DNA of 63,953 nt, filler included, from Craspedostauros australis (lineage: Eukaryota), in the NCBI GenBank assembly GCA_030167865.1. It is 9 parts of 9 records of this genome, joined end to end, with 100 filler letters (N's around TTAATTAATTAA, not from the genome) between each part and the next. Parts side by side here need not be neighbours in the genome. Positions count along the whole stretch, not along the records: positions 35,390 to 36,937 come from JALAGF010005699.1; positions 37,038 to 43,627 come from JALAGF010005702.1; positions 43,728 to 46,759 come from JALAGF010005703.1; 6 more parts are not named here. One strand, given 5' to 3'. The position numbers and the translations under genes were made by a program. Shown piece after piece: positions 35,390 to 46,443 of this stretch. Below the pieces are notes generated by a model. The model saw nothing but the letters and a program-made list of their open reading frames with translations, was not told where the DNA came from and made no database searches. Positions within the stretch are counted from its first letter, which is position 1. Each line of letters opens with the position of its first letter.

Positions 35390-36937
35390 CACAAGAAGGC
35401 ACTCTCCAACGCATCCGCGACCAGCATCTCATCTGGGTCAGAAGCATCTACCCATAGAACCGGACGCGACAACAACAGCCACCAAGGAGGAACCCCATCT
35501 GGGCTCTCCCTCATGCTTGGTGGGAACACACCGCACCGTACTCCACCCGACTTCCCGAACGAAACCCAACTCTCCAGCATCGCCAAGCAAGGATCACAAA
35601 ACACGTCACCAGTAATCATCGACAACCGTGGTACCACCCCGCCCAACGGAGGTACAGAACCAGGCACCGACTACGACCAACACCCTGGTAACGACGATAC
35701 CGTAGGCGCATCCGACAACCGCGGTCCCACAGGACGGAACCGACTCTTCCCCAACGTAGACCCCGCGACGATCGGCGATTACAATCGCAACCCAACCGGC
35801 ACCAAGGTAGTAACCTTCGCCCCCGAAACGACCGCCAGAGGCCCAGGAGATACCAATGTACCCCGGATGAACTACCCAGAGAACGGCAGGAACCGTCCAC
35901 CCCACGATCGGAACCCGCACCCCTACCACGGTACTGCGGATACACCAGCCTCACACGGCGTGGGTAACTATCGAGGCAACAACGGGCACGAACCCGTGAA
36001 CCGAAACCCTGCCGGCAACCCACCCNNNNNNNNNNNNNNNNNNNNNNNNNNNNNNNNNNNNNNNNNNNNNNNNNNNNNNNNNNNNCACCACGGCGGCAAC
36101 CCGTATGGGCATTCCCCTACCATGGGAAACCAATTCCCTCATGGCCCACCGCTTCCGATGTACCACGGAACCCACCCAGGAGGATTCCCGCCCATTGGAA
36201 TTCCTATCCCCATGGGCCATTTTCCCCATGGAACCGGAGGTTTTCCAATGCCACAAGGAGCCTTCACCCCTGTTGGACACCCTCACCCCGGGTATCCACC
36301 ACGACCACCCACGTATGGGTACCGCCCAACCGATCCCNNNNNNNNNNNNNNNNNNNNNNNNNNNNNNNNNNNNNNNNNNNNNNNNNNACACGGCGTGGGT
36401 AACTATCGAGGCAACAACGGGCACGAACCCGTGAACCGAAACCCTGCCGGCAACCCACCCGCGAACCATGGAACAAACCGCCCACACCGTGACAACCATG
36501 GACCCCCAAGTAACCATGGGCACCACGGCGGCAACCCGTATGGGCATTCCCCTACCATGGGAAACCAATTCCCTCATGGCCCACCGCTTCCGATGTACCA
36601 CGGAACCCACCCAGGAGGATTCCCGCCCATTGGAATNCCTATCCCCATGGGCCATTTTCCCCATGGANCCGGAGGTTTTCCAATGCCNCAAGGAGCCTTC
36701 ACCCCNGTTGGACACCCTCACCCCGGGTATCCACCACGACCACCCACGTATGGGTACCGCCCAACCGATCCCAATGGAGGTTTCGGAAGACATAACCCAC
36801 GCAACATGGGCCCAAACACCCCACACGGGCAACACGATCCCGGGTATACACCACATCGTGGACCCACCCGCGGCGAACCACCAGTCGCCCAGGCCAAGCT
36901 AACGAAGCGTCGCCCCATCCCCGACTCCGTCAAATTC
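35390..36937 (+). CDS. Pro/Gly/His/Asn-rich ORF fragment, open at both ends; possibly a retrotransposon gag N-terminal region
   Basis: Frame open across the whole mini-scaffold, ending ..KRRPIPDSVKF. Strong C/A strand skew; many Ns suggest a multicopy origin. 35953-36337 is duplicated at 36388-36772. Confidence 0.45.
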
Positions 36938-36981
36938 NNNNNNNNNNNNNNNNNNNNNNNNNNNNNNNNNNNNNNNNNNNN

Positions 36982-36993
36982 TTAATTAATTAA
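36982..36993. other. Artificial scaffold spacer TTAATTAATTAA
   Basis: Six-frame stop 12-mer flanked by N runs. Confidence 0.97.
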
Positions 36994-37037
36994 NNNNNNN
37001 NNNNNNNNNNNNNNNNNNNNNNNNNNNNNNNNNNNNN

Positions 37038-37697
37038 GGGACACCCAGCAAAAAGCAAAGGAAACGGAAACTCGACTAGTACGACTAATTCGACACCCAA
37101 GAACGATTTTGTCACCCAGACACGAGAAAGCCACATTCGACATTTCGCCATTGACAAAGAACGAATCTTCTTTCAAAAAACATCGCATGAAAGTCTGTTG
37201 GTCCTAGTCCGGAGAAATACAAAAGGACATCAATACCGCTTGCCTGCTTGATCGAGTCCCGTCAATATCAATGACACGAAAATCCAGAATCTAAATAAAT
37301 CGAATGACGACTATTTAATTCGAATGAAGTCTAAATAATTCAAATGGTGTCTACATAAATCAAATGACGAGACTATTTAAATCGATGCCGTCTAAACATT
37401 TCAAATGACGACTAATAAATTCGAATGGCGTCTAAATAAATCAAGGGTATCTCTGTGGCACGATTGCCCGGGAATAAATCGAGACGAAGCGTGTGGAGGT
37501 CATTTTCGGAGTTTTCCTCAAATACCCCTTAAATGAAATTGGCGTCTGTGACCCACGAAGAGTTCCTGAGAACGAAAGTAAGAGTCGAGAACGTTCTTTT
37601 CGCAGAAACGGTTGTCATTGTCAACACAACATGCTTTGATTGGCTGGATCAGTCAAATCGCTGATTGACTAATTCGACCCATTTTGCCGGGTGTCCC
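37038..37697. mobile_element. Putative MITE / non-autonomous DNA transposon (at least 660 bp)
   Basis: Inverted termini GGGACACCCAGCAAAA (37038-37053) and TTTTGCCGGGTGTCCC (37682-37697), 15/16 match. AT-rich non-coding interior. Left flank lost in the gap, so no TSD is visible. Confidence 0.65.
37293..37444 (+). repeat. AT-rich degenerate 20-bp tandem array, about 7.5 units
   Basis: Units such as AAATAAATCGAATGACGACT, ATTTAATTCGAATGAAGTCT, AAATAATTCAAATGGTGTCT, AATAAATTCGAATGGCGTCT. Confidence 0.85.
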
Positions 37698-37791
37698 AGA
37701 CTGCTATTTCCACTCCCGCTAGTGACTCACCAGTCGGACTCACGAACCCAAAAGATGTGAGCCGAACGCAGAAGACTTCCGAGCGAGCCAC

Positions 37792-37853
37792 AGCTCAGTG
37801 GCAAGTTTCGGACACTCCAAGCTCAGTGGCAAGTTTCGGACACTCCAAGCTCA
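37792..37853 (+). repeat. Perfect 28-bp tandem duplication upstream of the ankyrin gene
   Basis: AGCTCAGTGGCAAGTTTCGGACACTCCA x2.2. Confidence 0.9.
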
Positions 37854-37983
37854 TCGACAAGTTCTCATAATTCTTGGCAAACAACACCGATTCACCCACA
37901 CAGTCCTATTAGTACGAACTGCACACTTCCTTGACAGCCAATCCAACGCCAAAAGACCATCAACCATCGACCATCCTCTCAAA

Positions 37984-38951
37984 ATGCCGAATGTCACAGA
38001 CCAACAACTCCTTGTTGCTGCCTGGGAAGGTGGCTTGTTGGTGTTGAAGGAATGGAAGAAGCAGAACAAGACGCAGAATGAAGGAGTTGATGTCAACAAG
38101 GTCAGTGACTGGTATGGTCGGACTCCCCTTCATGTGGCATGCAACAACGGCCACCTGGAGTGTGTGAAGTACCTCGTCGAAGCATGTGAAGCGAACATCA
38201 ACTGCAAAGACAACAATGGTTCCACTCCCCTTCATGTGGCATGCCGCAACGGCCAGCTGAAGTGTGTGAAGTACCTCATCAAATCATGTGCGGCGAACAT
38301 CAACTGCAAAGACAACGATGGTTCCACTCCCCTTCATGTGGCATGCTGCAACGGCCAGCTGAAGTGTGCGAAGTACCTCATCGAATCATGTGAGGCGAAT
38401 ATCAACTGCCAAGACAGCGATGGTTGGACTCCCCTTCATGCGGCATGCCGCGATGGACAGCTGGAGTGTATGGAGTACCTCATCCAATCATGTAGGGCCG
38501 ACGTCAACTGCACCGCCAATGATGGTGACACTCCCCTTCAGTATGCATGCCGCAACGGCCAACTGGAGTGTGTGGAGTCCCTCATCCGAGGACTTTCACC
38601 TTCACCTTCAGCTCACCCACAACTGCAACAACTGCAGCAACACTTACAACAAAACGAACAAGAGAATGGCAACAACAAGAACAGCTGAGACAACAGTTGA
38701 AGCGAAAGAGGCAAGAGAATGAACACAAACACAGCAGCCACAAGCGGACCAACATCAGCATTAGAGAAGACCGACTCAAGTCCTTCTAAACTGGGAACAG
38801 GACAGATTCCGTCTTCTTGTGTGGACAGGACGACGAACAGTAACCAATCAAGGCAAACTCCGAAGTCCTAATGATCACCCTCCCATCCATTGAGACACTG
38901 ATCGACATAGGAATCCAACACCAGCACGCGAATGATGGCACTGAAGACTAC
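37984..38951 (+). pseudogene. Ankyrin-repeat gene (ORF 37984-38688, about 5 repeats) with frameshifted, stop-interrupted coiled-coil/BTB remnant
   Basis: TPLHVAC.NG.L.CVKYLI..C.ANIN repeats at a 102-bp period. In a shifted frame: ISIREDRLKSF*TGNRTDSVFLCGQDDEQ*PIKANSEVLMITLPSIETLIDIGIQHQ, colinear with the open paralog at 62886. Confidence 0.85.
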
Positions 38952-39328
38952 GTGGCCCCATGTGCGTACAGCAATCGAATCCATTTTTCCTTACTCTATT
39001 CTATTCTAGTCCAATTCACAAAACATGCATGCGTAGTTTCCATACAGACAATCGATCCCATCTGCCCCACCTGCCCGATACTTTCCTCCTTGTTGATGTG
39101 GGTTTGTCGTGTTGGCCTCGACCTTTGTTCATAGACCCTGCGAGTTGTTCATCGCTCCACCATCGTTTCACGAATCATCGAGTCGTGTTTCGGTCTCCCG
39201 CCATCGTCGATCTCTGCAACCAAAAGGTTCGCAATCCCCACAATCACGACCTCCATAGTCGTACTCCATCACAATCACCATCGCCATCGCCATCTCACCA
39301 ACTACTGCCACTTCCACGCAACTCCAAG

Positions 39329-41101
39329 ATGGGCGAGGGACTGCTGTGCATCAACGGATCGCTGAATCAGCCGATGGCGATCTGCAAGAAGCTGGAAAGA
39401 TGCTGCCAGCTCATCAGGCAGCCTCAAACGCGATCGCGGTTGTCGCCTTCATCATCATCATCATCATCATCTTCATTTTCTTCTTTGAGTTCGGGATCAT
39501 GGGATCATCTGCTTCTCTCTGCGGTGCACGTGGATGCTGCCATCGCATCATCGCTGCGGTCGCTCTTGCTATGCCAGCGCCATTGGAAGCGCCTGACCTT
39601 CTCACACTGCACAGGCCACTTGATTTCGTTGCTGCAGTCCCTCGTCTTTGTCGCAAGTACAGATGGTGAACCCCAAATCACGCAGAAGCGAATGGCCCAG
39701 AAGCCGCAGACGAGATTGAAGGACGACCCTTCGAAGACACCATCACTCACAGAAACATCGATATCGGCGAGCTTGCGATCGTCCATCATCATCAAGGAGT
39801 TGGTGCTGGTGAATCCAACCCCATCCGTCGCGTGCTGCGTCGTGCGCAACTTCCGCCACCATCAGTCTCTGGTGCACCTGGAATTGGCCGTCGAGCTATC
39901 GCATTCCATTGTGAATGCCTTTGCCGAAAGCTTGCAGAGTCATTCAGCGCAATGCATGAATCAGAGTCAGCACAGCCACGTGCAAGCGAGAACATTCAAA
40001 AACGTGATTCCGTTGCGGTCGTTGGATCTCTCCGCCAGCAACTTGCCACGATGCAACCCAGACGATCGGACCGCCATCGTGTCCAAGCTGGCTGCGGCTA
40101 TCGCTCATCTCACTCAATTGCAGAGCCTGAGGTTATCCTATTGCGGCCTGGATGATGAGCATATGGCGCATCTGCTGACATCCGGAGTCTCTCGGTTGGA
40201 ACACCTGCTATACCTGTATTTAGACAACAACTTAATCGGTCCCAAGAGCATTCATTCTATCGCGGATATTCTGAGCGGCAACCAACAATCATCGGCGCAG
40301 TCGTCCTGTGCGCTGCCATCCCTTCTCCATCTCGATCTGCACAATCAGGACGTGTGGGACGGTCGGGATTACTACGCCATCTTCTTCCGCGCCTTGTCCC
40401 ACAACACCTCGTTGCAGTACTTGAATCTGGCCGGCAACTTTCTGCACGACGGATTGGCGCAATCGATGGCAACATCCTTGGTCTGCAACATCAGCCTCAA
40501 GGAACTCATCCTCTCCGACAATCTCCTGGGCGACACATTCGCGCACACCCTCGGTTGCTCTATGCAACAGATACAAGGATTGGAATCATTGCATTTGATG
40601 TTCAACTCGAGGCTCAGCAAGGATCTCGGATGGGCGGCGCTAGCGCAGGGTCTGTGCCAGAACTGGTCCCTTTGCCGCGTCTTGCTACACGAGATAGACA
40701 GCGCCGAACATGAAGCGCGGTCTCGCTGCCGTTGCGAATTGGCACACGATCGTGATGTTCTCGAAGCGTACACGGCGATTCGGTACTACACCCATCTGAA
40801 TCGATGTGGGCGGCGGGCCATGCTCGATGGTGGGGCGGCGCAACATAGTGCTGATGTAACACAGTCACTGGCCACCTCGCCGGGCACTCGCTTGCCTGTT
40901 GCCCGGGATGCCAACTCCCTGCCAACCTCATTGTGGCCACACATTTTTGCATATGCCGGCTCAGCTGAGAACCGCATCCTCGCGCTGTGCTTGAAAGAAG
41001 TTGGTTTTGAAGTTGAGAAAGCGGAGGAACAACAGCAGCTCCTCCAAGCGAATGTGCTCTTCTACTTCCTGCGAGAGAGATTCTTACATGCTTATGGATG
41101 A
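39329..41101 (+). CDS. RNI-like leucine-rich repeat protein, about 590 aa
   Basis: LRSLDLSASNL, LQSLRLSYCGL, LLYLYLDNNLIG, LQYLNLAGNFL, LKELILSDNLLGD; C-terminal YYTHLNRCGRR..SLWPHIF..VLFYFLRE cap typical of diatom LRR proteins. Start codon uncertain (ORF open from 38960). Confidence 0.85.
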   Translation: MGEGLLCINGSLNQPMAICKKLERCCQLIRQPQTRSRLSPSSSSSSSSSFSSLSSGSWDHLLLSAVHVDAAIASSLRSLLLCQRHWKRLTFSHCTGHLISLLQSLVFVASTDGEPQITQKRMAQKPQTRLKDDPSKTPSLTETSISASLRSSIIIKELVLVNPTPSVACCVVRNFRHHQSLVHLELAVELSHSIVNAFAESLQSHSAQCMNQSQHSHVQARTFKNVIPLRSLDLSASNLPRCNPDDRTAIVSKLAAAIAHLTQLQSLRLSYCGLDDEHMAHLLTSGVSRLEHLLYLYLDNNLIGPKSIHSIADILSGNQQSSAQSSCALPSLLHLDLHNQDVWDGRDYYAIFFRALSHNTSLQYLNLAGNFLHDGLAQSMATSLVCNISLKELILSDNLLGDTFAHTLGCSMQQIQGLESLHLMFNSRLSKDLGWAALAQGLCQNWSLCRVLLHEIDSAEHEARSRCRCELAHDRDVLEAYTAIRYYTHLNRCGRRAMLDGGAAQHSADVTQSLATSPGTRLPVARDANSLPTSLWPHIFAYAGSAENRILALCLKEVGFEVEKAEEQQQLLQANVLFYFLRERFLHAYG

Positions 41102-41419
41102 AACGTGACCAGTGAACTTACAGTCACAATGCCCGCTCTCCTCATGGTGATCTGCGTGGAATGTATCAATAGTGAGAGAATAGTGTGTACTAGATTAATT
41201 TGTACTGTTTTGAACGAGTGCATTATGCTGCACCTTCATGCCTTCGTGTGTGTCGTTAACGCCATCCCATAACCGACATTCCGTCTGTCGTCGAGGGGCG
41301 CAGTGTGCAGGTGTCCGAAGTTGTGGCCTCTCGTCTCTATGCATTGATGAAGACCACGATGGATGGAGTGGAGGGAAGCCGAAAGAGTCACTCTACTCAA
41401 ACGAGGGTGCAGTGTCATT

Positions 41420-43511
41420 CTAGACGGAATCGCCTGCATCCGCTTTGGCGTCCGCGTCTGCGTCCGCATCTGCGTCGACACCAGCGATAGCTTCGATCTC
41501 GGATGCTGCTTGTTGCGCGGAGTTCTCCTCAATCTGAGACAAACGGAGAGAGAAGCGACGGGACAGACGTTCCGCCATCAACATGCGATCGTCACGAGCA
41601 TTGTCGTATTCCTCGTGGCACTGCAGGTTTGAAAAAAGTGGAAGATGATGAATGGAAAAAGATAACGTATCGGTGGATGGGTGAATGGATGAGTGACAAA
41701 GGCGTCATGCCATGAAGAATGGTGCGGGATTGACTGAACCATTCGTTGCACCATAAATGCGATGCACGCATCATAACAAAGCACAGAACGGAACAGCGCC
41801 ACGTCGAACATATCATCGAACTCACTTGACCCATGAAGGCGCAGAACTCAAGGAAGTCCACGTATCCGCTACCATCAGCATCCATCACCGCCCACAATGC
41901 NTCGAAGTCATGGCGGTTCATCTCGACCGCCTTCCCAGAGCTCAAAAACTCCCACATGCCTTCTTTTGTGATGTTTCCCACTGAACTCGCACGCCGGTTG
42001 CTGCTGTCGGCTGCGGTAGTTTGAGCATCGATCTTCTGGAACTCGCGAGCCAATGCGACGGCGTCCATGCGCCTGGCTGGAACGCGGATGCTCATGGTCT
42101 GTGCGACACGAGCAGCGAAGACAGTGCGGTATCGTTTTGCTTGCTGCTTGTTGTAGACGTATATTCCGACGGAGACTGCGATGAGGAAGACGAGTACGCC
42201 GCCGATTGCGAATCCAGCGATGACACCTGGTTTGACGGGCGTGGTTGGTTCTTGGTATGGGTTTGTGGCGCAATTTGGATCGAACTGCATTGGCGAAGAA
42301 GTGAAGATCATTGGATGAGTGAGCGAGCAAGAANNNNNNNNNNNNNNNNNNNNNNNNNNNNNNNNNNNNNNNNNNNNNNNNNNCCCACTGAACTCGCACG
42401 CCGGTTGCTGCTGTCGGCTGCGGTAGTTTGAGCATCGATCTTCTGGAACTCGCGAGCCAATGCGACGGCGTCCATGCGCCTGGCTGGAACGCGGATGCTC
42501 ATGGTCTGTGCGACACGAGCAGCGAAGACNNNNNNNNNNNNNNNNNNNNNNNNNNNNNNNNNNNNNNNNNNNNNNNNNNNNNNNNNNNNNNNNNNNNNNN
42601 NNNNNNNNNNNNNNNNNNNNNNNNNNNNNNNNNNNNNNNNNNNNNNNNNNNNNNNNTCTTGGTATGGGTTTGTGGCGCAATTTGGATCGAACTGCATTGG
42701 CGAAGAAGTGAAGATCATTGGATGAGTGAGCGAGCAAGAAAAGGAATGTAACGAACCACCAAAAATGCCACGCCTTTGCTTCGCAACCACCACAGATCCA
42801 TATCTTGGACAGCAATCAATCCATGCCTATACGTGATCGTGCTCGTACCTTGCACCATTCCTCCTCGCCAGGAAAAGAGCCGGACAGAGATGAATCCGCC
42901 ATCGGCACGCTGACACGGGCTGTTTCTGGCACCATGAATTGCTGGTATGTGGCCGCGATGCCTTCGACGAACTCCTGTTCGCTGATGCGTTGATTGGTGC
43001 ACCCCTGCGAGGATGTATGCTGGAAGCTTTGATAGATCGATGCCAACTCGCGAACGGTGTCGCAATCTTTCTTGAGACAGGTTTGACTCGTCGTGAGAAA
43101 GGTGCCAGGCGTGGCGTCGCGGATCGTCTTGGCGAAGAGCGTGTCATTTCCAACTTGGTACGTCACCGTCACTTCATCATCCGTGAACAGGCCATCCGTG
43201 GCGTTGCTATTCGCCTGGTATGGCAAGGTGATGAACCTCCCATCCAGCTCGAAGGTCGATGTTGCATACAAATCGAAGCCTTGCGAGATCCCAAAAGGAG
43301 CACCTCCAGGAGCAAGAACAGGAGGAAGGATGTTGTATCGATGAGAGTAGCTTCTAGTTCCAGCCACCGTGTAATTGGTGAAGATCTTGTACGGAAATGT
43401 GCCGAATGCCAACAGTCCAACACCGGGAACGTCCACTTGACGACTCTGCAACGGCTGACCATCCGGTCCGTACGTGTACATGTCGCACACGTAGTATCCC
43501 TGAAATGCTTC
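41420..43511 (-). CDS. Single-pass membrane protein with cytosolic EF-hand pair (5' incomplete)
   Basis: Exons ~43511-42849, 42284-41826 and 41620-41420 join at phase 0 (EEWCK|FDPNCATNPYQEP; AFMGQ|CHEEY). TM GVIAGFAIGGVLVFLIAVSVGIYVY followed by basic residues; EF loop DADGSGYVDFLE. 41977-42333 is duplicated at 42384-42740. Confidence 0.82.
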
Positions 43512-43671
43512 CTGTGTGATCAAAGAGTAAGTAATGCAATGGCGCCAGACAGATGATGGACGGATGAATGAATGAATTTGTACCGTATGTTAGAATGCTC
43601 GTGGGATTGCGCAGGGCGGAGGGGCCGNNNNNNNNNNNNNNNNNNNNNNNNNNNNNNNNNNNNNNNNNNNN

Positions 43672-43683
43672 TTAATTAATTAA
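43672..43683. other. Artificial scaffold spacer TTAATTAATTAA
   Basis: Six-frame stop 12-mer flanked by N runs. Confidence 0.97.
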
Positions 43684-44213
43684 NNNNNNNNNNNNNNNNN
43701 NNNNNNNNNNNNNNNNNNNNNNNNNNNTGCGTGATGAACCCTGCTCGTGTCGCTCCCCTGCTCGTGTCGCTCTCATCGTCGGCTGTTGCTGTGAACATCC
43801 TCCCTCCGCTCCGCTCAACGTGCGTGTGATTGCGCAGTCCAGATGTTTCCCTGGTGTTTTCGTTCGTTTCATTAGGACACACTCGGATTGTTTCGCACAA
43901 GCAACAGTGTCTGGTTGCCTAGTCCATCCTCTTGTGATCCAGAAAGGATGTCACCCCACGTGGACGAAGCTCCTTGCCCATTCTCCACACGGCTTTCCAG
44001 TGGGTCCGAGATACATTGTTGGCAAACAGTGTTCCCCACAGCAAAGCATAGCACTTACACGATGAACCAGTCAGTGCGATGATGTGCTCGCCTTTTTTCA
44101 AACCAGGACACCAGACACCAACTCACTAGAACAGACAAGGGAGAGCATCCAGGATTACCATTGTTTGCATGTTCAATTTTGGCTATTTGTTACTACTAAG
44201 TGGGACGGGCTAT

Positions 44214-45226
44214 TTAGTGTGTGTGCTGTGCTTCTGCTTGGGCGATGGCACGTTCACGTGCTTCTTGCATGGCGACAACAACGTCAAACGAGGGGAAGCC
44301 GTTGCTCAGTTCAATTTGGGTGAGGATGGCAACCGCGTTGAATGCAAGGCGATGCTTGTCCACGTGGTGCCGCCACTTCANGTGCATGCATTGCCAGTGC
44401 TTGATTCGCCTGTTGACCGTTTCGTGGCGGCACCGCATGATCCCATCCGCGCGAAAAGTTGGGGGAAATACGCAAGGGTCTCCGCGGTATCCGGAATCTG
44501 CTACTACGACTTCGTGTTGCGCCAATCTTGGCTTCAGTCCCAGACGGAAGATCGAGAGATCGTTCAGCAGGCCACACGGGAAAGGCCCATTCGCCCAAAN
44601 NNNNNNNNNNNNNNNNNNNNNNNNNNNNNNNNNNNNNNNNNNNNNNNNNNNNNNNNNNNNNNNNGAGTACCACTTCTTGTCAAACGGTTTCGGTTCCATG
44701 ATTCGCATGTCAGTTCCGTCAACCGTCACAAGAGCTTTTGCGTTGTGACTTGCGCCAACGAAACGACGGTTCCAAACAATCTGTCAATGCAAGCGGTACC
44801 ACGAAAAAAAGGACCATGTGTGAGTGGATGGAGTGAAAATAATTTTGTGTCGCAGTTCGGGTATGAGATTAATTTAGTACTTATGATTCGATCTTTAACG
44901 GTTTCAACGGCTGCCATCATGAGCCACATCCATTTGCGAAGAGTTTTTGCAGAACACTTGCACACAGCGGCNAACGCAGTTTCAGACACGTACATGCGGA
45001 GAAACGCGCACATCCAAAGGAGGTGTTTGGGTTTGGCCGCGCGTGGCAGAGCTCGAGCGTCTGCGAGCTCGTTCCACAAGATGTGTACAATGTCCGGATG
45101 TGTCCCGAACACAGACGCAAACTGTCGCAATGACTCCCTCGAAAGGTCATTGGTGAGCATGCCTCTTGGGCGAGAGCCAATCAGCCCAAAACCAACAGTT
45201 GCGAACGTTCCGTGAGGAAGTAACAT
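44214..45226 (-). mobile_element. PIF/Harbinger-like (DDE_Tnp_4) transposase gene, 2 exons, probably inactive
   Basis: Exon 1 45226-44885 (FASVFG, KPKHLLW..FLRMY, CSAKTLRKW HTH-like). Exon 2 44780-44214 (VTVDGTD, WANGPFPCG..D.SIFR, VADSGYRG, RCRHETVNRRIK, WRH). Splice donor reads ATAAGT. TIRs not found. Confidence 0.88.
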
Positions 45227-45921
45227 TTTGGTGCTGTTGCGAATTGTGAGCTCTTCGTGTGTCGGGAAATGTCAAAATGAAGCGAAAACACAAATGCCAG
45301 CAAGGCAACTGCCATCATTGTCAGCATGGTGCGTGAAAGAACTGCAACTTGGCAACGACGAAACAGCGTTTCCCCTCGTAGAACTCTGCTTGTCTCGTGG
45401 TAGAACAGTTGTTGTCACCTTTCGCCTTTGGGAGCTGATCACACGATACGCCCTGCGACAAACGCGAACTGTTGTCCCTGCGATGCCACTCGATTGCGCA
45501 AGGGTGCTAAGGAAACCAGCATCCAACGGACGACGAGGTCGTATTCTTTTCTTCATGGCCGAATACAACATCATCATCCTGCGGTGTATCCACGACTCTG
45601 TGTGGGTGGTCACTTGGAATGACGTGTGCGCTGTTTCGTTCGTCCCTGTACTGTAAGACAAGAGCACTGAGGAGGGCAGAGCGAACATGTTTGGAGTCGC
45701 CGGTCATCCTTTGTGATGGCAAACTCCTGCGTGCGCGATGTTGTCACCCACACTGAGGACTCCGGCAAGGGACTTGTGTGCAGTATGAACAATGATGGAC
45801 CTACAGTCATAAGTATGCAAATACGGACGGCAGGCTTGCATTGGCATCCGACGCATGGCGTGTCTGTGTCTTGCGAAAGTCGTGCTCATATCGCGTTCAC
45901 GTCGCGCTCATGTCATGTCGG

Positions 45922-46021
45922 TTGCTGGTCGATCGTGTCTCGTTTGCTGGTCGATCGTGTCTCGTTTGCTGGTCGATCGCCCCTCGTTTGCTGGTCGATC
46001 GCCCCTCGTTTGCTGGTCGAT
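45922..46021 (+). repeat. 22-bp minisatellite, about 4.5 units
   Basis: TTGCTGGTCGATCG(TGT/CCC)CTCGT repeated in tandem. Confidence 0.92.
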
Positions 46022-46361
46022 TCTGCATCGACTTTCGCCTATTTCAGAACTTTCGACACGTCTCATACGACATTTTTCCTTATGGAAGCGTGTCACTATT
46101 GCGTAGGTGACAAGGTTGCGAACGCTGCGATGCAAAACTCTCATGTCGATTGTGCTTCGGAATGCTGTCGTCAATCAACATCAAGCACTTCTGCTGAACA
46201 ATATAGACAGTATGTTCCATCTGTCCTATCTACTTGCACATTATGCACCATAATGCCAATAAAAAGACACCTGTATTAGATATCGTAGCATGGTGAACTA
46301 TCGCCACATGTCACAGTGACAGATCTGCTGTAAATTTGTGCATATTAGTACTGATTCAGTG

Positions 46362-46443
46362 TCGTTTGCTGGTCGATCGCCCCTCGTTTGCTGGTCGATC
46401 GTGTCTCGTTTGCTGGTCGATCGCCCCTCGTTTGCTTGTCGAT
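46362..46443 (+). repeat. Second block of the same 22-bp minisatellite, about 3.7 units
   Basis: Same two unit variants in a different order. Confidence 0.92.

Noticed and set aside
31915..36937. Single full-length retrotransposon made of the RT, gag/LTR and Pro-rich pieces
   Set aside because: Pieces lie on three scaffolds separated by artificial spacers; linkage cannot be inferred.
37293..37444. CRISPR array or centromere
   Set aside because: Units are contiguous with no unique spacers, no cas genes, eukaryotic context; the AT-rich stretch is far shorter than described diatom centromeres.
45922..46443. CRISPR-like or telomeric repeat
   Set aside because: Head-to-tail 22-mers without spacers; not a telomere motif.
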